From Eledone cirrhosa (taxonomy: Eukaryota), in contig OZ024744.1 of assembly GCA_964016885.1 (NCBI GenBank), forward strand, positions 134,726,001-134,790,000: a stretch of DNA of 64,000 nt, in the 5' to 3' direction. Shown here in pieces: positions 11,176-24,937 of the stretch (its first letter is position 1; every line of letters starts with the position of its first letter). The notes beneath the pieces were generated by a model, which saw only the letters and a program-made list of their open reading frames with translations, was not told where the DNA came from and did not search any database. The translations under genes and the position numbers were made by a program.

Positions 11176-13300
11176 GTCGGGGTTGAGTTAAGTTGGCGTT
11201 AAGTTAGGCTTAACTTAAGTTGGGGGTAAGTTAAGTTGGGGGTAAGTTAAGTTGGGGTTAAGTTAAGTTGCGGTTAAGTTGGGGTTAAGTTAAGATAGGG
11301 TTAAGTTAAGTTGGCGTTGAGTTAAGTTGGGGTTAATTAAGTGGTGGTTATGTTAAGTTGGGGTTAATTTAAATTGGGGTGAAGTTAACTTTGTGGTTAA
11401 GTTAAGTTGGGGTTAAGTTAAGTTGGGGTTAAGTTGGGGTTGAGTTAAGTTGGGGTTGAGTGAAGTTGGGGTTAAGTTAAGTTGGGGTAAAGTTAAGTTG
11501 GGGTTAAGTTAAGTCGGGGTTAAGTTAAGTTGTGGTTGAGTTAAGTTGGGGTTAATTTAAGTTGGGGCTAAGTTAATTTGTGGTTAAGTTAAGTTGGGGT
11601 TAAGTTAAGTTGGGGTTAAGTTAAGTTGGGGTTAAGTTAAGTTGCAGTTAAGTTAAGTTGAGGTTAAGTTAAGTTGGGGCTAAGTTAAGTTGGGGCTAAG
11701 TTAAGTTGGGGCTAAGTTAAGTTGGGGTTAAGTTAAGTTGGGGTTAAGTTAAGTTGGGGTTAAGTTAAGTTGGTGTTAAGTTAAGTTGGGGCTAAGTTAA
11801 GTTGGGGTTAAGTTAAGTTGGGGTTAAGTTAAGTTGGGGTTAAGTTAATTTGTGGTTAAGTTAAGTTGGGGTTAAGTTAAGTTGGGGTTAAGTTAAGTTG
11901 GGGTTAAGTTAAGTCGGGGTTAAGTTAAGTTGGGGTTAAGTTAAGTTGGGGTTAATTTAAGTTGGGGTTAAGTTAAGTTGGGGTTAAGTTAAGTTGGGGT
12001 TAAGTTAAGTTGGGGATAATTTAAGTTGGGGTTAAGTTAAGTTTGGGTTTAAGTTAAGTTGGGGTTAAGTTAAGTTGGGGTTAAGTTAAGTTGGGGTTAA
12101 GTTAATTTGTGGTTAAGTTAAGTTGGGGTTAAGTTAAGTTGGGGTTGAGTTAAGTTGGGGCTGAGTTAATTTGGGGTTAAGTTAAGTTGGGGTTAAGTTA
12201 AGTTGGGTTTAAGTTAAGTTGGGGTTAAATTAAGTTGGGGTTAAATTAAGTTGGGGTTAAGTTAAGTTGGGGGTAAGTTAAGTTGGGGGCAAGTTAAGTT
12301 GGGGTTCAGTTAAGTTGGGGTTAAATTAAGTTGGGGTTACGTTAAGTTGGTGTTAAGTTAAGTTGGGGTTAATTTAAGTTGGGGCTAATTAAGTTGGGGT
12401 TAAGTTAAGTTGGGGTTAAGTTAAGTTGGGGTTAATTTAAGTTGGGGTTGAGTTAAGTTGGGGTTAAGTTAAGTTGGGGTTATATTAAGTTGGGGTTAAG
12501 TTAAGTTGGGGTTCAGTTAAGTTGGGGTTAAGTTAAGTTGGGGTTAAGTTAAGTTGAGGTTAAGTTAAGTTGGGGTTAAGTTAAGTTGGTGTTAAGTTAA
12601 GTTGGGGCTAAGTTAAGTTGGGGCTGAGTTAAGTTGGGGCTGAGTTAAGTTGGGGCTAAGTTAAGTTGGGGTTGAGTTAAGTTGGGGTTAAGTTGGGGTT
12701 AAGTTAAGTTAGGTTTAAGTTAAGTTGGGGTTAAGTTAAGTTGGGGTTAAGTTAAGTTGGGGTTAAGTTAAGTTGGGGTTAAGTTAAGTTGGGGTTAAGT
12801 TAAGTTGGGGTTGAGTTAATTTGGGGCTGAGTTAAGTTGGGGTTGAGTTAAGTTGGTGTTGAGTTAAGTTGGGGTTAAGTTAAGTTGGGGTTAAGTTAAG
12901 TTGCAGTTAAGTTAAGTTGAGGTTAGGTTAAGGTGCGGTTAAGTTAAGTTGGGGTTAAGTTAAGTTGGGGCTAAGTTAAGTTGGGGCTAAGTTAAGTTGG
13001 GGCTAAGTTAAGTTGGGGTTAAGTTACGTTGGGGTTAAGTTAAGTCGGGGTTAAGTTAAGTTGGGGTTAAGTTAAGTTGGGGTTAATTTAAGTTGGGGTT
13101 AAGTTAAGTTGGGGTTAAGTTAAGTTGGGGTTAAGTTAAGTTGGGGTTAAGTTGGGTTTAAGTTAAGTTGGGGTTAAGTTAAGTTGGGGTCAAGTTAAGT
13201 TGGGGTTAAGTTAAGTTGGTTAGTTAAGTTGAGTTTAAGTTAAGTTGGGGTTAATTTAAGTTGGGGTTAAGTTAAGTTGGGGTTAAGTTAAGTTGGGGTT

Positions 13301-13389
13301 AACCCCAACTTAAGTTAACCCCAACTTAACTTAATACCAACTTCACTCAACCCCAACGTAACTCAACCCCAACTTAACTTAAGCCAAAA
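13301..13389 (-). repeat. Inverted block 5, lineage B, short form, 89 bp
   Basis: Starts AACCCCAACTTAAGTTAACCCC...AATACCAAC and ends AAGCCAAAA|GTCGGGGTTAAG. It is 128 bp (8 monomers) shorter than the full block. Confidence 0.95.
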
Positions 13390-13913
13390 GTCGGGGTTAA
13401 GTTAAGTTGGCGTTAAGTTAAATTAGGCTTAACTTAAGTTGGGGGTAATTTAAGTTGGGGGTAAGTTAAGTTGGGGTTAAGTTAAGTTGCGGTTAAGTTG
13501 GGGTTAAGTTAAGTTAGGGTTAAGTTAAGTTGGCGTTGAGTTAAGTTGGGGTTAATTAAGTGGTGGTTATGTTAAGTTGGGGTTAATTTAAATTGGGGTG
13601 AAGTTAACTTTGTGGTTAAGTTAAGTTGGGGTTAAGTTAAGTTGGGGTTAAGTTGGGGTTGAGTTAAGTTGGGGTTGAGTGAAGTTGGGGTTAAGTTAAG
13701 TTGGGGTAAAGTTAAGTTGGGGTTAAGTTAAGTTGGGGTTAAGTTAAGTTGGGGTCAAGTTAAGTTGGGGTTAAGTTAAGTTGGTTAGTTAAGTTGAGTT
13801 TAAGTTAAGTTGGGGTTAATTTAAGTTGGGGTTAAGTTAAGTTGGGGTTAAGTTAAGTTGGGGTTAAGTTAAGTTGGGGTTAAGTTAAGTTGGGGTTAAG
13901 TTAAGTTGGGGTT

Positions 13914-14130
13914 AACCCCAACTTAACTTAACCCCAACTTAACTTAACCCCAACTTCACTCAACCCCAACGTAACTCAACCCCAACTTAACTTAACCCCA
14001 ACTTCACTCAACCCCAACTTAACTTAACCCCAACTTCACTCAACCCCAACTTAAGTCAACCCCAACTTAACTTAACCCCAACTTGACTTATCCCCAACTT
14101 AACTTAGCCCCAACTTAACTTAAGCCCAAA
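13914..14130 (-). repeat. Inverted block 6, lineage A (CTTATCCCC), 217 bp
   Basis: Matches block 1. Confidence 0.96.
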
Positions 14131-15420
14131 GTCGGGGTTGAGTTAAGTTGGCGTTAAGTTAAGTTAGGCTTAACTTAAGTTGGGGGTAAGTTAAGTTGGG
14201 GGTAAGTTAAGTTGGGGTTAAGTTAAGTTGCGGTTAAGTTGGGGTTAAGTTAAGTTAGGGTTAAGTTAAGTTGGCGTTGAGTTAAGTTGGGGTTAATTAA
14301 GTGGTGGTTATGTTAAGTTGGGGTTAATTTAAATTGGGGTGAAGTTAACTTTGTGGTTAAGTTAAGTTGGGGTTAAGTTAAGTTGGGGTTAAGTTGGGGT
14401 TGAGTTAAGTTGGGGTTGAGTGAAGTTGGGGTTAAGTTAAGTTGGGGTAAAGTTAAGTTGGGGTTAAGTTAAGTCGGGGTTAAGTTAAGTTGTGGTTGAG
14501 TTAAGTTGGGGTTAATTTAAGTTGGGGCTAAGTTAATTTGTGGTTAAGTTAAGTTGGGGTTAAGTTAAGTTGGGGTTAAGTTAAGTTGGGGTTAAGTTAA
14601 GTTGCAGTTAAGTTAAGTTGAGGTTAAGTTAAGTTGGGGTTAAGTTAAGTTGGGGTTAAGTTAAGTTGGGGCTAAGTTAAGTTGGGGCTAAGTTAAGTTG
14701 CGGCTAAGTTAAGTTGGGGTTAAGTTAAGTTGGGGTTAAGTTAAGTTGTGGTTAAGTTAAGTTGGTGTTAAGTTAAGTTGGGATTAATTTAAGTTGGGGT
14801 TGAGTTAAGTTGGGGTTCAGTTAAGTTGGGGATAAGTTAAGTTGGGGTTAAGTTAAGTTGGGGTTAATTAAGTTGGGGTTGAGTTAAGTTGGGGTTGAGT
14901 TAAATTGGGGTTGAGTTAAGTTGGGGTTGAGTTAAGTTGGTGTTGAGTTAAGTTGGGGTTAAGTTAAGTTGGGGTTAAGTTAAGTTGCAGTTAAGTTAAG
15001 TTGAGGTTAAGTTAAGGTGCGGTTAAGTTAAGTTGAGGTTAAGTTAAGTTGGGGCTAAGTTAAGTTGGGGCTAAGTTAAGTTGGGGCTAAGTTAAGTTGG
15101 GGTTAAGTTACGTTGGGGTTAAGTTAAGTCGGGGTTAAGTTAAGTTGGGGTTAAGTTAAGTTGGGGTTAATTTAAGTTGGGGTTAAGTTAAGTTGGGGTT
15201 AAGTTTAGTAGGGGTTAAGTTAAGTTGGGGTTAAATTAAGTTGGGTTTAAGTTAAGTTGGGGTTAAGTTAAGTTGGGGTCAAGTTAAGTTGGGGTTAAGT
15301 TAAGTTGGTTAGTTAAGTTGAGTTTAAGTTAAGTTGGGGTTAATTTAAGTTGGGGTTAAGTTAAGTTGGGGTTAAGTTAAGTTGGAGTTAAGTTAAGTTG
15401 GGGTTAAGTTAATTGGGGTT

Positions 15421-15636
15421 AACCCCAACTTAACTTAACCCCAACTTAACTTAACCCCAACTTCACTCAACCCAACGTAACTCAACCCCAACTTAACTTA
15501 ACCCCAACTTCACTCAACCCCAACTTAACTTAACCCCAACTTCACTCAACCCCAACTTAAGTCAACCCCAACTTAACTTAACCCCAACTTGACTTAACCC
15601 CAACTTAACTTAGCCCCAACTTAACTTAAGCCCAAA
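15421..15636 (-). repeat. Inverted block 7, lineage A (AACCCAACGT), 216 bp
   Basis: Has the 3-C monomer. Its downstream flank lacks the GTGGTGGTTATG pair of monomers. Confidence 0.96.
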
Positions 15637-17746
15637 GTCGGGGTTGAGTTAAGTTGGCGTTAAGTTAGGCTTAACTTAAGTTGGGGGTAAGTTAAGTTGG
15701 GGGTAAGTTAAGTTGGGGTTAAGTTAAGTTGCGGTTAAGTTGGGGTTAAGTTAAGATAGGGTTAAGTTAAGTTGGCGTTGAGTTAAGTTGGGGTTAAGTT
15801 AAATTGGGGTGAAGTTAACTTTGTGGTTAAGTTAAGTTGGGGTTAAGTTAAGTTGGGGTTAAGTTGGGGTTGAGTTAAGTTGGGGTTGAGTGAAGTTGGG
15901 GTTAAGTTAAGTTGGGGTAAAGTTAAGTTGGGGTTAAGTTAAGTCGGGGTTAAGTTAAGTTGTGGTTGAGTTAAGTTGGGGTTAATTTAAGTTGGGGCTA
16001 AGTTAATTTGTGGTTAAGTTAAGTTGGGGTTAAGTTAAGTTGGGGTTAAGTTAAGTTGGGGTTAAGTTAAGTTGCAGTTAAGTTAAGTTGAGGTTAAGTT
16101 AAGTTGGGGTTAAGTTAAGTTGGGGTTAAGTTAAGTTGGGGCTAAGTTAAGTTGGGGCTAAGTTAAGTTGGGGCTAAGTTAAGTTGGGGTTAAGTTAAGT
16201 TGGGGTTAAGTTAAGTTGGGGTTAAGTTAAGTTGGGGTTAAGTTAAGTTGGTGTTAAGTTAAGTTGGGGCTAAGTTAAGTTGGGGTTAAGTTAAGTTGGG
16301 GTTAAGTTAAGTTGGGGTTAAGTTAATTTGTGGTTAAGTTAAGTTGGGGTTAAGTTAAGTTGGGGTTAAGTTAAGTTGGGGTTAAGTTAAGTTGGGGTTA
16401 ATTTAAGTTGGGGTTAAGTTAAGTTGGGGTTAAGTTAAGTTGGGGTTAAGTTAAGTTGGGGATAATTTAAGTTGGGGTTAAGTTAAGTTTGGGTTTAAGT
16501 TAAGTTGGGGTTAAGTTAAGTTGGGGTTAAGTTAAGTTGGGGTTAAGTTAATTTGTGGTTAAGTTAAGTTGGGGTTAAGTTAAGTTGGGGTTGAGTTAAG
16601 TTGGGGCTGAGTTAATTTGGGGTTAAGTTAAGTTGGAGTTAAGTTAAGTTGGGTTTAAGTTAAGTTGGGGTTAAATTAAGTTGGGGTTAAATTAAGTTGG
16701 GGTTAAGTTAAGTTGGGGGTAAGTTAAGTTGGGGGCAAGTTAAGTTGGGGTTAATTTAAGTTGGGGTTAAATTAAGTTGGGGTTACGTTAAGTTGGTGTT
16801 AAGTTAAGTTGGGGTTAATTTAAGTTGGGGCTAATTAAGTTGGGGTTAAGTTAAGTTGGGGTTAAGTTAAGTTGGGGTTAATTTAAGTTGGGGTTGAGTT
16901 AAGTTGGGGTTAAGTTAAGTTGGGGTTATATTAAGTTGGGGTTAAGTTAAGTTGGGGTTCAGTTAAGTTGGGGTTAAGTTAAGTTGGGGTTAAATTAAGT
17001 TGAGGTTAAGTTAAGTTGGGGTTAAGTTAAGTTGGTGTTAAGTTAAGTTGGGGCTAAGTTAAGTTGGGGCTGAGTTAAGTTGGGGCTGAGTTAAGTTGGG
17101 GCTAAGTTAAGTTGGGGTTGAGTTAAGTTGGGGTTAAGTTGGGGTTAAGTTAAGTTAGGTTTAAGTTAAGTTGGGGTTAAGTTAAGTTGGGGTTAAGTTA
17201 AGTTGGGGTTAAGTTAAGTTGGGGTTAAGTTAAGTTGGGGTTAAGTTAAGTTGGGGTTGAGTTAATTTGGGGCTGAGTTAAGTTGGGGTTGAGTTAAGTT
17301 GGTGTTGAGTTAAGTTGGGGTTAAGTTAAGTTGGGGTTAAGTTAAGTTGCAGTTAAGTTAAGTTGAGGTTAAGTTAAGGTGCGGTTAAGTTAAGTTGGGG
17401 TTAAGTTAAGTTGGGGCTAAGTTAAGTTGGGGCTAAGTTAAGTTGGGGCTAAGTTAAGTTGGGGTTAAGTTACGTTGGGGTTAAGTTAAGTCGGGGTTAA
17501 GTTAAGTTGGGGTTAAGTTAAGTTGGGGTTAATTTAAGTTGGGGTTAAGTTAAGTTGGGGTTAAGTTAAGTTGGGGTTAAGTTAAGTTGGGGTTAAGTTG
17601 GGTTTAAGTTAAGTTGGGGTTAAGTTAAGTTGGGGTCAAGTTAAGTTGGGGTTAAGTTAAGTTGGTTAGTTAAGTTGAGTTTAAGTTAAGTTGGGGTTAA
17701 TTTAAGTTGGGGTTAAGTTAAGTTGGGGTTAAGTTAAGTTGGGGTT

Positions 17747-17835
17747 AACCCCAACTTAAGTTAACCCCAACTTAACTTAATACCAACTTCACTCAACCCC
17801 AACGTAACTCAACCCCAACTTAACTTAAGCCAAAA
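17747..17835 (-). repeat. Inverted block 8, lineage B short form, 89 bp
   Basis: Matches block 5. Confidence 0.95.
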
Positions 17836-18327
17836 GTCGGGGTTAAGTTAAGTTGGCGTTAAGTTAAGTTAGGCTTAACTTAAGTTGGGGGTAAGTTAAG
17901 TTGGGGGTAAGTTAAGTTGGGGTTAAGTTAAGTTGCGGTTAAGTTGGGGTTAAGTTAAGTTAGGGTTAAGTTAAGTTGGCGTTGAGTTAAGTTGGGGTTA
18001 ATTAAGTGGTGGTTATGTTAAGTTGGGGTTAATTTAAATTGGGGTGAAGTTAACTTTGTGGTTAAGTTAAGTTGGGGTTAAGTTAAGTTGGGGTTAAGTT
18101 GGGGTTGAGTTAAGTTGGGGTTGAGTGAAGTTGGGGTTAAGTTAAGTTGGGGTAAAGTTAAGTTGGGGTTAAGTTAAGTTGGGGTTAAGTTAAGTTGGGG
18201 TCAAGTTAAGTTGGGGTTAAGTTAAGTTGGTTAGTTAAGTTGAGTTTAAGTTAAGTTGGGGTTAAGTTAAGTTGGGGTTAAGTTAAGTTGGGGTTAAGTT
18301 AAGTTGGGGTTAAGTTAAGTTGGGGTT

Positions 18328-18544
18328 AACCCCAACTTAACTTAACCTCAACTTAACTTAACCCCAACTTCACTCAACCCCAACGTAACTCAACCCCAAC
18401 TTAACTTAACCCCAACTTCACTCAACCCCAACTTAACTTAACCCCAACTTCACTCAACCCCAACTTAAGTCAACCCCAACTTAACTTAACCCCAACTTGA
18501 CTTATCCCCAACTTAACTTAGCCCCAACTTAACTTAAGCCCAAA
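18328..18544 (-). repeat. Inverted block 9, lineage A (CTTATCCCC), 217 bp
   Basis: Like block 6, plus a private AACCTCAA variant. Confidence 0.96.
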
Positions 18545-21500
18545 GTCGGGGTTGAGTTAAGTTGGCGTTAAGTTAAGTTAGGCTTAACTTAAGTTGGGGG
18601 TAAGTTAAGTTGGGGGTAAGTTAAGTTGGGGTTAAGTTAAGTTGCGGTTAAGTTGGGGTTAAGTTAAGTTAGGGTTAAGTTAAGTTGGCGTTGAGTTAAG
18701 TTGGGGTTAATTAAGTGGTGGTTATGTTAAGTTGGGGTTAATTTAAATTGGGGTGAAGTTAACTTTGTGGTTAAGTTAAGTTGGGGTTAAGTTAAGTTGG
18801 GGTTAAGTTGGGGTTGAGTTAAGTTGGGGTTGAGTGAAGTTGGGGTTAAGTTAAGTTGGGGTAAAGTTAAGTTGGGGTTAAGTTAAGTCGGGGTTAAGTT
18901 AAGTTGTGGTTGAGTTAAGTTGGGGTTAATTTAAGTTGGGGCTAAGTTAATTTGTGGTTAAGTTAAGTTGGGGTTAAGTTAAGTTGGGGTTAAGTTAAGT
19001 TGGGGTTAAGTTAAGTTGCAGTTAAGTTAAGTTGAGGTTAAGTTAAGTTGGGGTTAAGTTAAGTTGGGGTTAAGTTAAGTTGGGGCTAAGTTAAGTTGGG
19101 GCTAAGTTAAGTTGCGGCTAAGTTAAGTTGGGGTTAAGTTAAGTTGGGGTTAAGTTAAGTTGTGGTTAAGTTAAGTTGGTGTTAAGTTAAGTTGGGGCTA
19201 AGTTAAGTTGGGGCTGAGTTAAGTTGGGGCTGAGTTAAGTTGGGGTTAAGTTAAGTTGGGGTTGAGTTAAGTTGGGGTTAAGTTAAGTTGGGGTCAAGTT
19301 AAGTTGGGGTTAAGTTGGGGTTAATTTAAGTTAGGTTTAAGTTAAGTTGGGGTTAAGTTAAGTTGGGGTTAAGTTAAGTTGGGGTTAAGTTAAGTTGGGG
19401 TTAAGTTAAGTTGGGGTTAAGTTAATTTGTGGTTAAGTTAAGTTGGGGTTAAGTTAAGTTGGGGTTAAGTTAAGTTGGGGTTAAGTTAAGTCGGGGTTAA
19501 GTTAAGTTGGGGTTAAGTTAAGTTGGGGTTAATTTAAGTTGGGGTTAAGTTAAGTTGGGGGTAAGTTAAGTTGGGGTTAAGTTAAGTTGGGGATAATTTA
19601 AGTTGGGGTTAAGTTAAGTTTGGGTTTAAGTTAAGTTGGGGTTAAGTTAAGTTGGGGTTAAGTTAAGTTGGGGTTAAGTTAATTTGTGGTTAAGTTAAGT
19701 TGGGGTTAAGTTAAGTTGGGGTTGAGTTAAGTTGGGGCTGAGTTAATTTGGGGTTAAGTTGAGTTGGGGTTAAGTTGGGTTTAAGTTAAGTTGGGGTTAA
19801 ATTAAGTTGGGGTTAAATTAAGTTGGGGTTAAGTTAAGTTGGGGGTAAGTTAAGTTGGGGGCAAGTTAAGTTGGGGTTAATTTAAGTTGGGGTTAAATTA
19901 AGTTGGGGTTACGTTAAGTTGGTGTTAAGTTAAGTTGGGGTTAATTTAAGTTGGGGTTAATTAAGTTGGGGTTAAGTTAAGTTGGGGTTAAGTTAAGTTG
20001 GGGTTAATTTAAGTTGGGGTTGAGTTAAGTTGGGGTTAAGTTAAGTTGGGGTTATATTAAGTTGGGGTTAAGTTAAGTTGGGGTTCAGTTAAGTTGGGGT
20101 TAAGTTAAGTTGGGGTTAAGTTAAGTTGGGGTTAAGTTAAGTTGAGGTTAAGTTAAGTTGGGGTTAAGTTAAGTTGGTGTTAAGTTAAGTTGGGGCTAAG
20201 TTAAGTTGGGGCTGAGTTAAGTTGGGGCTGAGTTAAGTTGGGGCTAAGTTAAGTTGGGGTTGAGTTAAGTTGGGGTTAATTTGGGGTTAAGTTAAGTTGG
20301 GGTTAAGTTAAGTTGGGGTTAAGTTAAGTTGTGGTTAAGTTAAGTTGGGGTTAAGTTAAGTTGGGGTTAAGTTAAGTTGGGGTTGAGTTAATTTGTGGTT
20401 AAGTTAAGTTGTGGTTAAGTTAAGTTGGGGTTAAGTTAAGTTGGGGTTAAGTTAAGTCGGTGTTAAGTTAAGTTGGGGTTAAGTTAAGTTGGGGTTAATT
20501 TAAGTTGGGGTTAAGTTAAGTTGGGGTTAAGTTAAGTTGGGGTTAAGTTAAGTTGGGGTTAAGTTAAGTTGGGGTTAAGTTAAGTTGGGGTTAATTTAAG
20601 TTGGGGTTAAGTTAAGTTGGGGTTAAGTTAAGTTGGGGTTAAGTTAAGTTGGGGTTAAGTTAAGTTGGGGATAATTTAAGTTGGTTAGTTAAGTTGAGTT
20701 TAAGTTAAGTTGGGGTTAATTTAAGTTGGGGTTAAGTTAAGCTGGGGTTAAGTTGGGGTTAAGTTAAGTTGGGGTTAATTTAAGTTTGGGTTAATTTAAG
20801 TTGGGGCTAAGTTAATTTGTGGTTAAGTTAAGTTTGGGTTAAGTTAAGTTGGGGTTAAGTTAAGTTGGGGTTGAGTTAAGTTGGGGTTGAGTTAATTTGG
20901 GGTTAAGTTAAGTTGGCGTTAAGTTAAGTTGGGTTTAAGTTAAGTTGGGGTTAAATTAAGTTGGGGTTAAATTAAGTTGGGGTTAAGTTAAGTTGGGGGT
21001 AAGTTAAGTTGGGGGCAAGTTAAGTTGGAGTTAATTTAAGTTGGGGTTAAATTAAGTTGGGGTTACGTTAAGTTGGTGTTAAATTAAGTTGGGGTTAATT
21101 TAAGTTGGGGTTGAGTTAAGTTGGAGTTCAGTTAAGTTGGGGATAAGTTAAGTTGGGGTTAAGTTAAGTTGGGGTTAATTAAGTTGGGGTTGAGTTAAGT
21201 TGGGGTTGAGTTAAATTGGGGTTGAGTTAAGTTGGGGTTGAGTTAAGTTGGTGTTGAGTTAAGTTGGGGTTGAGTTAAATTGGGGTTAAGTTAAGTTGCA
21301 GTTAAGTTAAGTTGAGGTTAAGTTAAGGTGCGGTTAAGTTAAGTTGAGGTTAAGTTAAGTTGGGGCTAAGTTAAGTTGGGGCTAAGTTAAGTTGGGGCTA
21401 AGTTAAGTTGGGGTTAAGTTACGTTGGGGTTAAGTTAAGTCGGGGTTAAGTTAAGTTGGGGTTAAGTTAAGTTGGGGTTAATTTAAGTTGGGGTTAAGTT

Positions 21501-21732
21501 AAGTTGGGGTTAAGTTTAGTAGGGGTTAAGTTAAGTTGGGGTTAAGTTAAGTTGGGTTTAAGTTAAGTTGGGGTTAAGTTAAGTTGGGGTCAAGTTAAGT
21601 TGGGGTTAAGTTAAGTTGGTTAGTTAAGTTGAGTTTAAGTTAAGTTGGGGTTAATTTAAGTTGGGGTTAAGTTAAGTTGGGGTTAAGTTAAGTTGGGGTT
21701 AAGTTAAGTTGGGGTTAAGTTAAGTTGGGGTT

Positions 21733-21948
21733 AACCCCAACTTAACTTAACCCCAACTTAACTTAACCCCAACTTCACTCAACCCAACGTAACTCAACCC
21801 CAACTTAACTTAACCCCAACTTCACTCAACCCCAACTTAACTTAACCCCAACTTCACTCAACCCCAACTTAAGTCAACCCCAACTTAACTTAACCCCAAC
21901 TTGACTTAACCCCAACTTAACTTAGCCCCAACTTAACTTAAGCCCAAA
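21733..21948 (-). repeat. Inverted block 10, lineage A (AACCCAACGT), 216 bp
   Basis: Standard junctions and the 3-C monomer. Confidence 0.96.
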
Positions 21949-24721
21949 GTCGGGGTTGAGTAAATTTGGCGTTAAGTTAAGTTAGGCTTAACTTAAGTTG
22001 GGGGTAAGTTAAGTTGGGGGTAAGTTAAGTTGGGGTTAAGTTAAGTTGCGGTTAAGTTGGGGTTAAGTTAAGATAGGGTTAAGTTAAGTTGGCGTTGAGT
22101 TAAGTTGGGGTTAATTAAGTGGTGGTTATGTTAAGTTGGGGTTAATTTAAATTGGGGTGAAGTTAACTTTGTGGTTAAGTTAAGTTGGGGTTAAGTTAAG
22201 TTGGGGTTAAGTTGGGGTTGAGTTAAGTTGGGGTTGAGTGAAGTTGGGGTTAAGTTAAGTTGGGGTAAAGTTAAGTTGGGGTTAAGTTAAGTCGGGGTTA
22301 AGTTAAGTTGTGGTTGAGTTAAGTTGGGGTTAATTTAAGTTGGGGCTAAGTTAATTTGTGGTTAAGTTAAGTTGGGGTTAAGTTAAGTTGGGGTTAAGTT
22401 AAGTTGGGGTTAAGTTAAGTTGCAGTTAAGTTAAGTTGAGGTTAAGTTAAGTTGGGGTTAAGTTAAGTTGGGGTTAAGTTAAGTTGGGGTTAAGTTAAGT
22501 TGGTGTTAAGTTAAGTTGGGGCTAAGTTAAGTTGGGGTTAAGTTAAGTTGGGGTTAAGTTAAGTTGGGGTTAAGTTAATTTGTGGTTAAGTTAAGTTGGG
22601 GTTAAGTTAAGTTGGGGTTAAGTTAAGTTGGGGTTAAGTTAAGTCGGGGTTAAGTTAAGTTGGGGTTAAGTTAAGTTGGGGTTAATTTAAGTTGGGGTTA
22701 AGTTAAGTTGGGGTTAAGTTAAGTTGGGGTTAAGTTAAGTTGGGGATAATTTAAGTTGGGGTTAAGTTAAGTTTGGGTTTAAGTTAAGTTGGGGTTAAGT
22801 TAAGTTGGGGTTAAGTTAAGTTGGGGTTAAGTTAATTTGTGGTTAAGTTAAGTTGGGGTTAAGTTAAGCTGGGGTTGAGTTAAGTTGGGGCTGAGTTAAT
22901 TTGGGGTTAAGTTAAGTTGGGGTTAAGTTGGGTTTAAGTTAAGTTGGGGTTAAATTAAGTTGGGGTTAAATTAAGTTGGGGTTAAGTTAAGTTGGGGGTA
23001 AGTTAAGTTGGGGGCAAGTTAAGTTGGGGTTAATTTAAGTTGGGGTTAAGTTAAGTTGGGGTTAAGTTAAGTTGGGGTTAAGTTAAGTTGAGGTTAAGTT
23101 AAGTTGGGGTTAAGTTAAGTTGGTGTTAAGTTAAGTTGGGGCTAAGTTAAGTTGGGGCTGAGTTAAGTTGGGGCTGAGTTAAGTTGGGGCTAAGTTAAGT
23201 TGGGGTTGAGTTAAGTTGGGGTTAATTTGGGGTTAAGTTAAGTTGGGGTTAAGTTAAGTTGGGGTTAAGTTAAGTTGGGGTTAAGTTAAGTTGGGGTTAA
23301 GTTAAGTTGGGGTTAAGTTAAGTTGGGGTTGAGTTAATTTGTGGTTAAGTTAAGTTGTGGTTAAGTTAAGTTGGGGTTAAGTTAAGTTGGGGTTAAGTCG
23401 GTGTTAAGTTAAGTTGGGGTTAAGTTAAGTTGGGGTTAATTTAAGTTGGGGTTAAGTTAAGTTGGGGTTAAGTTAAGTTGGGGTTAAGTTAAGTTGGGGT
23501 TAAGTTAAGTTGGGGTTAAGTTAAGTTGGGGTTAATTTAAGTTGGGGTTAAGTTAAGTTGGGGTTAAGTTAAGTTGGGGTTAAGTTAAGTTGGGGTTAAG
23601 TTAAGTTGGGGATAATTTAAGTTGGTTAGTTAAGTTGAGTTTAAGTTAAGTTGGGGTTAATTTAAGTTGGGGTTAAGTTAAGCTGGGGTTAAGTTGGGGT
23701 TAAGTTAAGTTGGGGTTAATTTAAGTTGGGGTTAATTTAAGTCGGGGTTAAGTTAAGTTGTGGTTGAGTTAAGTTTGGGTTAATTTAAGTTGGGGCTAAG
23801 TTAATTTGTGGTTAAGTTAAGTTTGGGTTAAGTTAAGTTGGGGTTAAGTTAAGTTGGGGTTGAGTTAAGTTGGGGTTGAGTTAATTTGGGGTTAAGTTAA
23901 GTTGGCGTTAAGTTAAGTTGGGTTTAAGTTAAGTTGGGGTTAAATTAAGTTGGGGTTAAATTAAGTTGGGGTTAAGTTAAGTTGGGGGTAAGTTAAGTTG
24001 GGGGCAAGTTAAGTTGGAGTTAATTTAAGTTGGGGTTAAATTAAGTTGGGGTTACGTTAAGTTGGTGTTAAGTTAAGTTGGGGTTAATTTAAGTTGGGGT
24101 TGAGTTAAGTTGGGGTTCAGTTAAGTTGGGGATAAGTTAAGTTGGGGTTAAGTTAAGTTGGGGTTAATTAAGTTGGGGTTGAGTTAAGTTGGGGTTGAGT
24201 TAAATTGGGGTTGAGTTAAGTTGGGGTTGAGTTAAGTTGGTGTTGAGTTAAGTTGGGGTTGAGTTAAATTGGGGTTAAGTTAAGTTGCAGTTAAGTTAAG
24301 TTGAGGTTAAGTTAAGGTGCGGTTAAGTTAAGTTGAGGTTAAGTTAAGTTGGGGCTAAGTTAAGTTGGGGCTAAGTTAAGTTGGGGCTAAGTTAAGTTGG
24401 GGTTAAGTTACGTTGGGGTTAAGTTAAGTCGGGGTTAAGTTAAGTTGGGGTTAAGTTAAGTTGGGGTTAATTTAAGTTGGGGTTAAGTTAAGTTGGGGTT
24501 AAGTTTAGTAGGGGTTAAGTTAAGTTGGGGTTAAGTTAAGTTGGGTTTAAGTTAAGTTGGGGTTAAGTTAAGTTGGGGTCAAGTTAAGTTGGGGTTAAGT
24601 TAAGTTGGTTAGTTAAGTTGAGTTTAAGTTAAGTTGGGGTTAATTTAAGTTGGGGTTAAGTTAAGTTGGGGTTAAGTTAAGTTGGGGTTAAGTTAAGTTG
24701 GGGTTAAGTTAAGTTGGGGTT

Positions 24722-24937
24722 AACCCCAACTTAACTTAACCCCAACTTAACTTAACCCCAACTTCACTCAACCCAACGTAACTCAACCCCAACTTAACTT
24801 AACCCCAACTTCACTCAACCCCAACTTAACTCAACCCCAACTTCACTCAACCCCAACTTAAGTCAACCCCAACTTAACTTAACCCCAACTTGACTTAACC
24901 CCAACTTAACTTAGCCCCAACTTAACTTAAGCCCAAA
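24722..24937 (-). repeat. Inverted block 11, lineage A (AACCCAACGT), 216 bp
   Basis: Standard junctions and the 3-C monomer. Confidence 0.96.

Larger units (their letters stand above)
10960..19190 (+). repeat. ~4.45-kb higher-order duplication containing an A / short-B / A trio
   Basis: Offsets between equivalent blocks are 4,461, 4,446 and 4,414 bp. Shared rare variants are GGGGCTAATTAAG (~12381/~16827) and TTGCGGCTAAG (~14698/~19112). Confidence 0.85.
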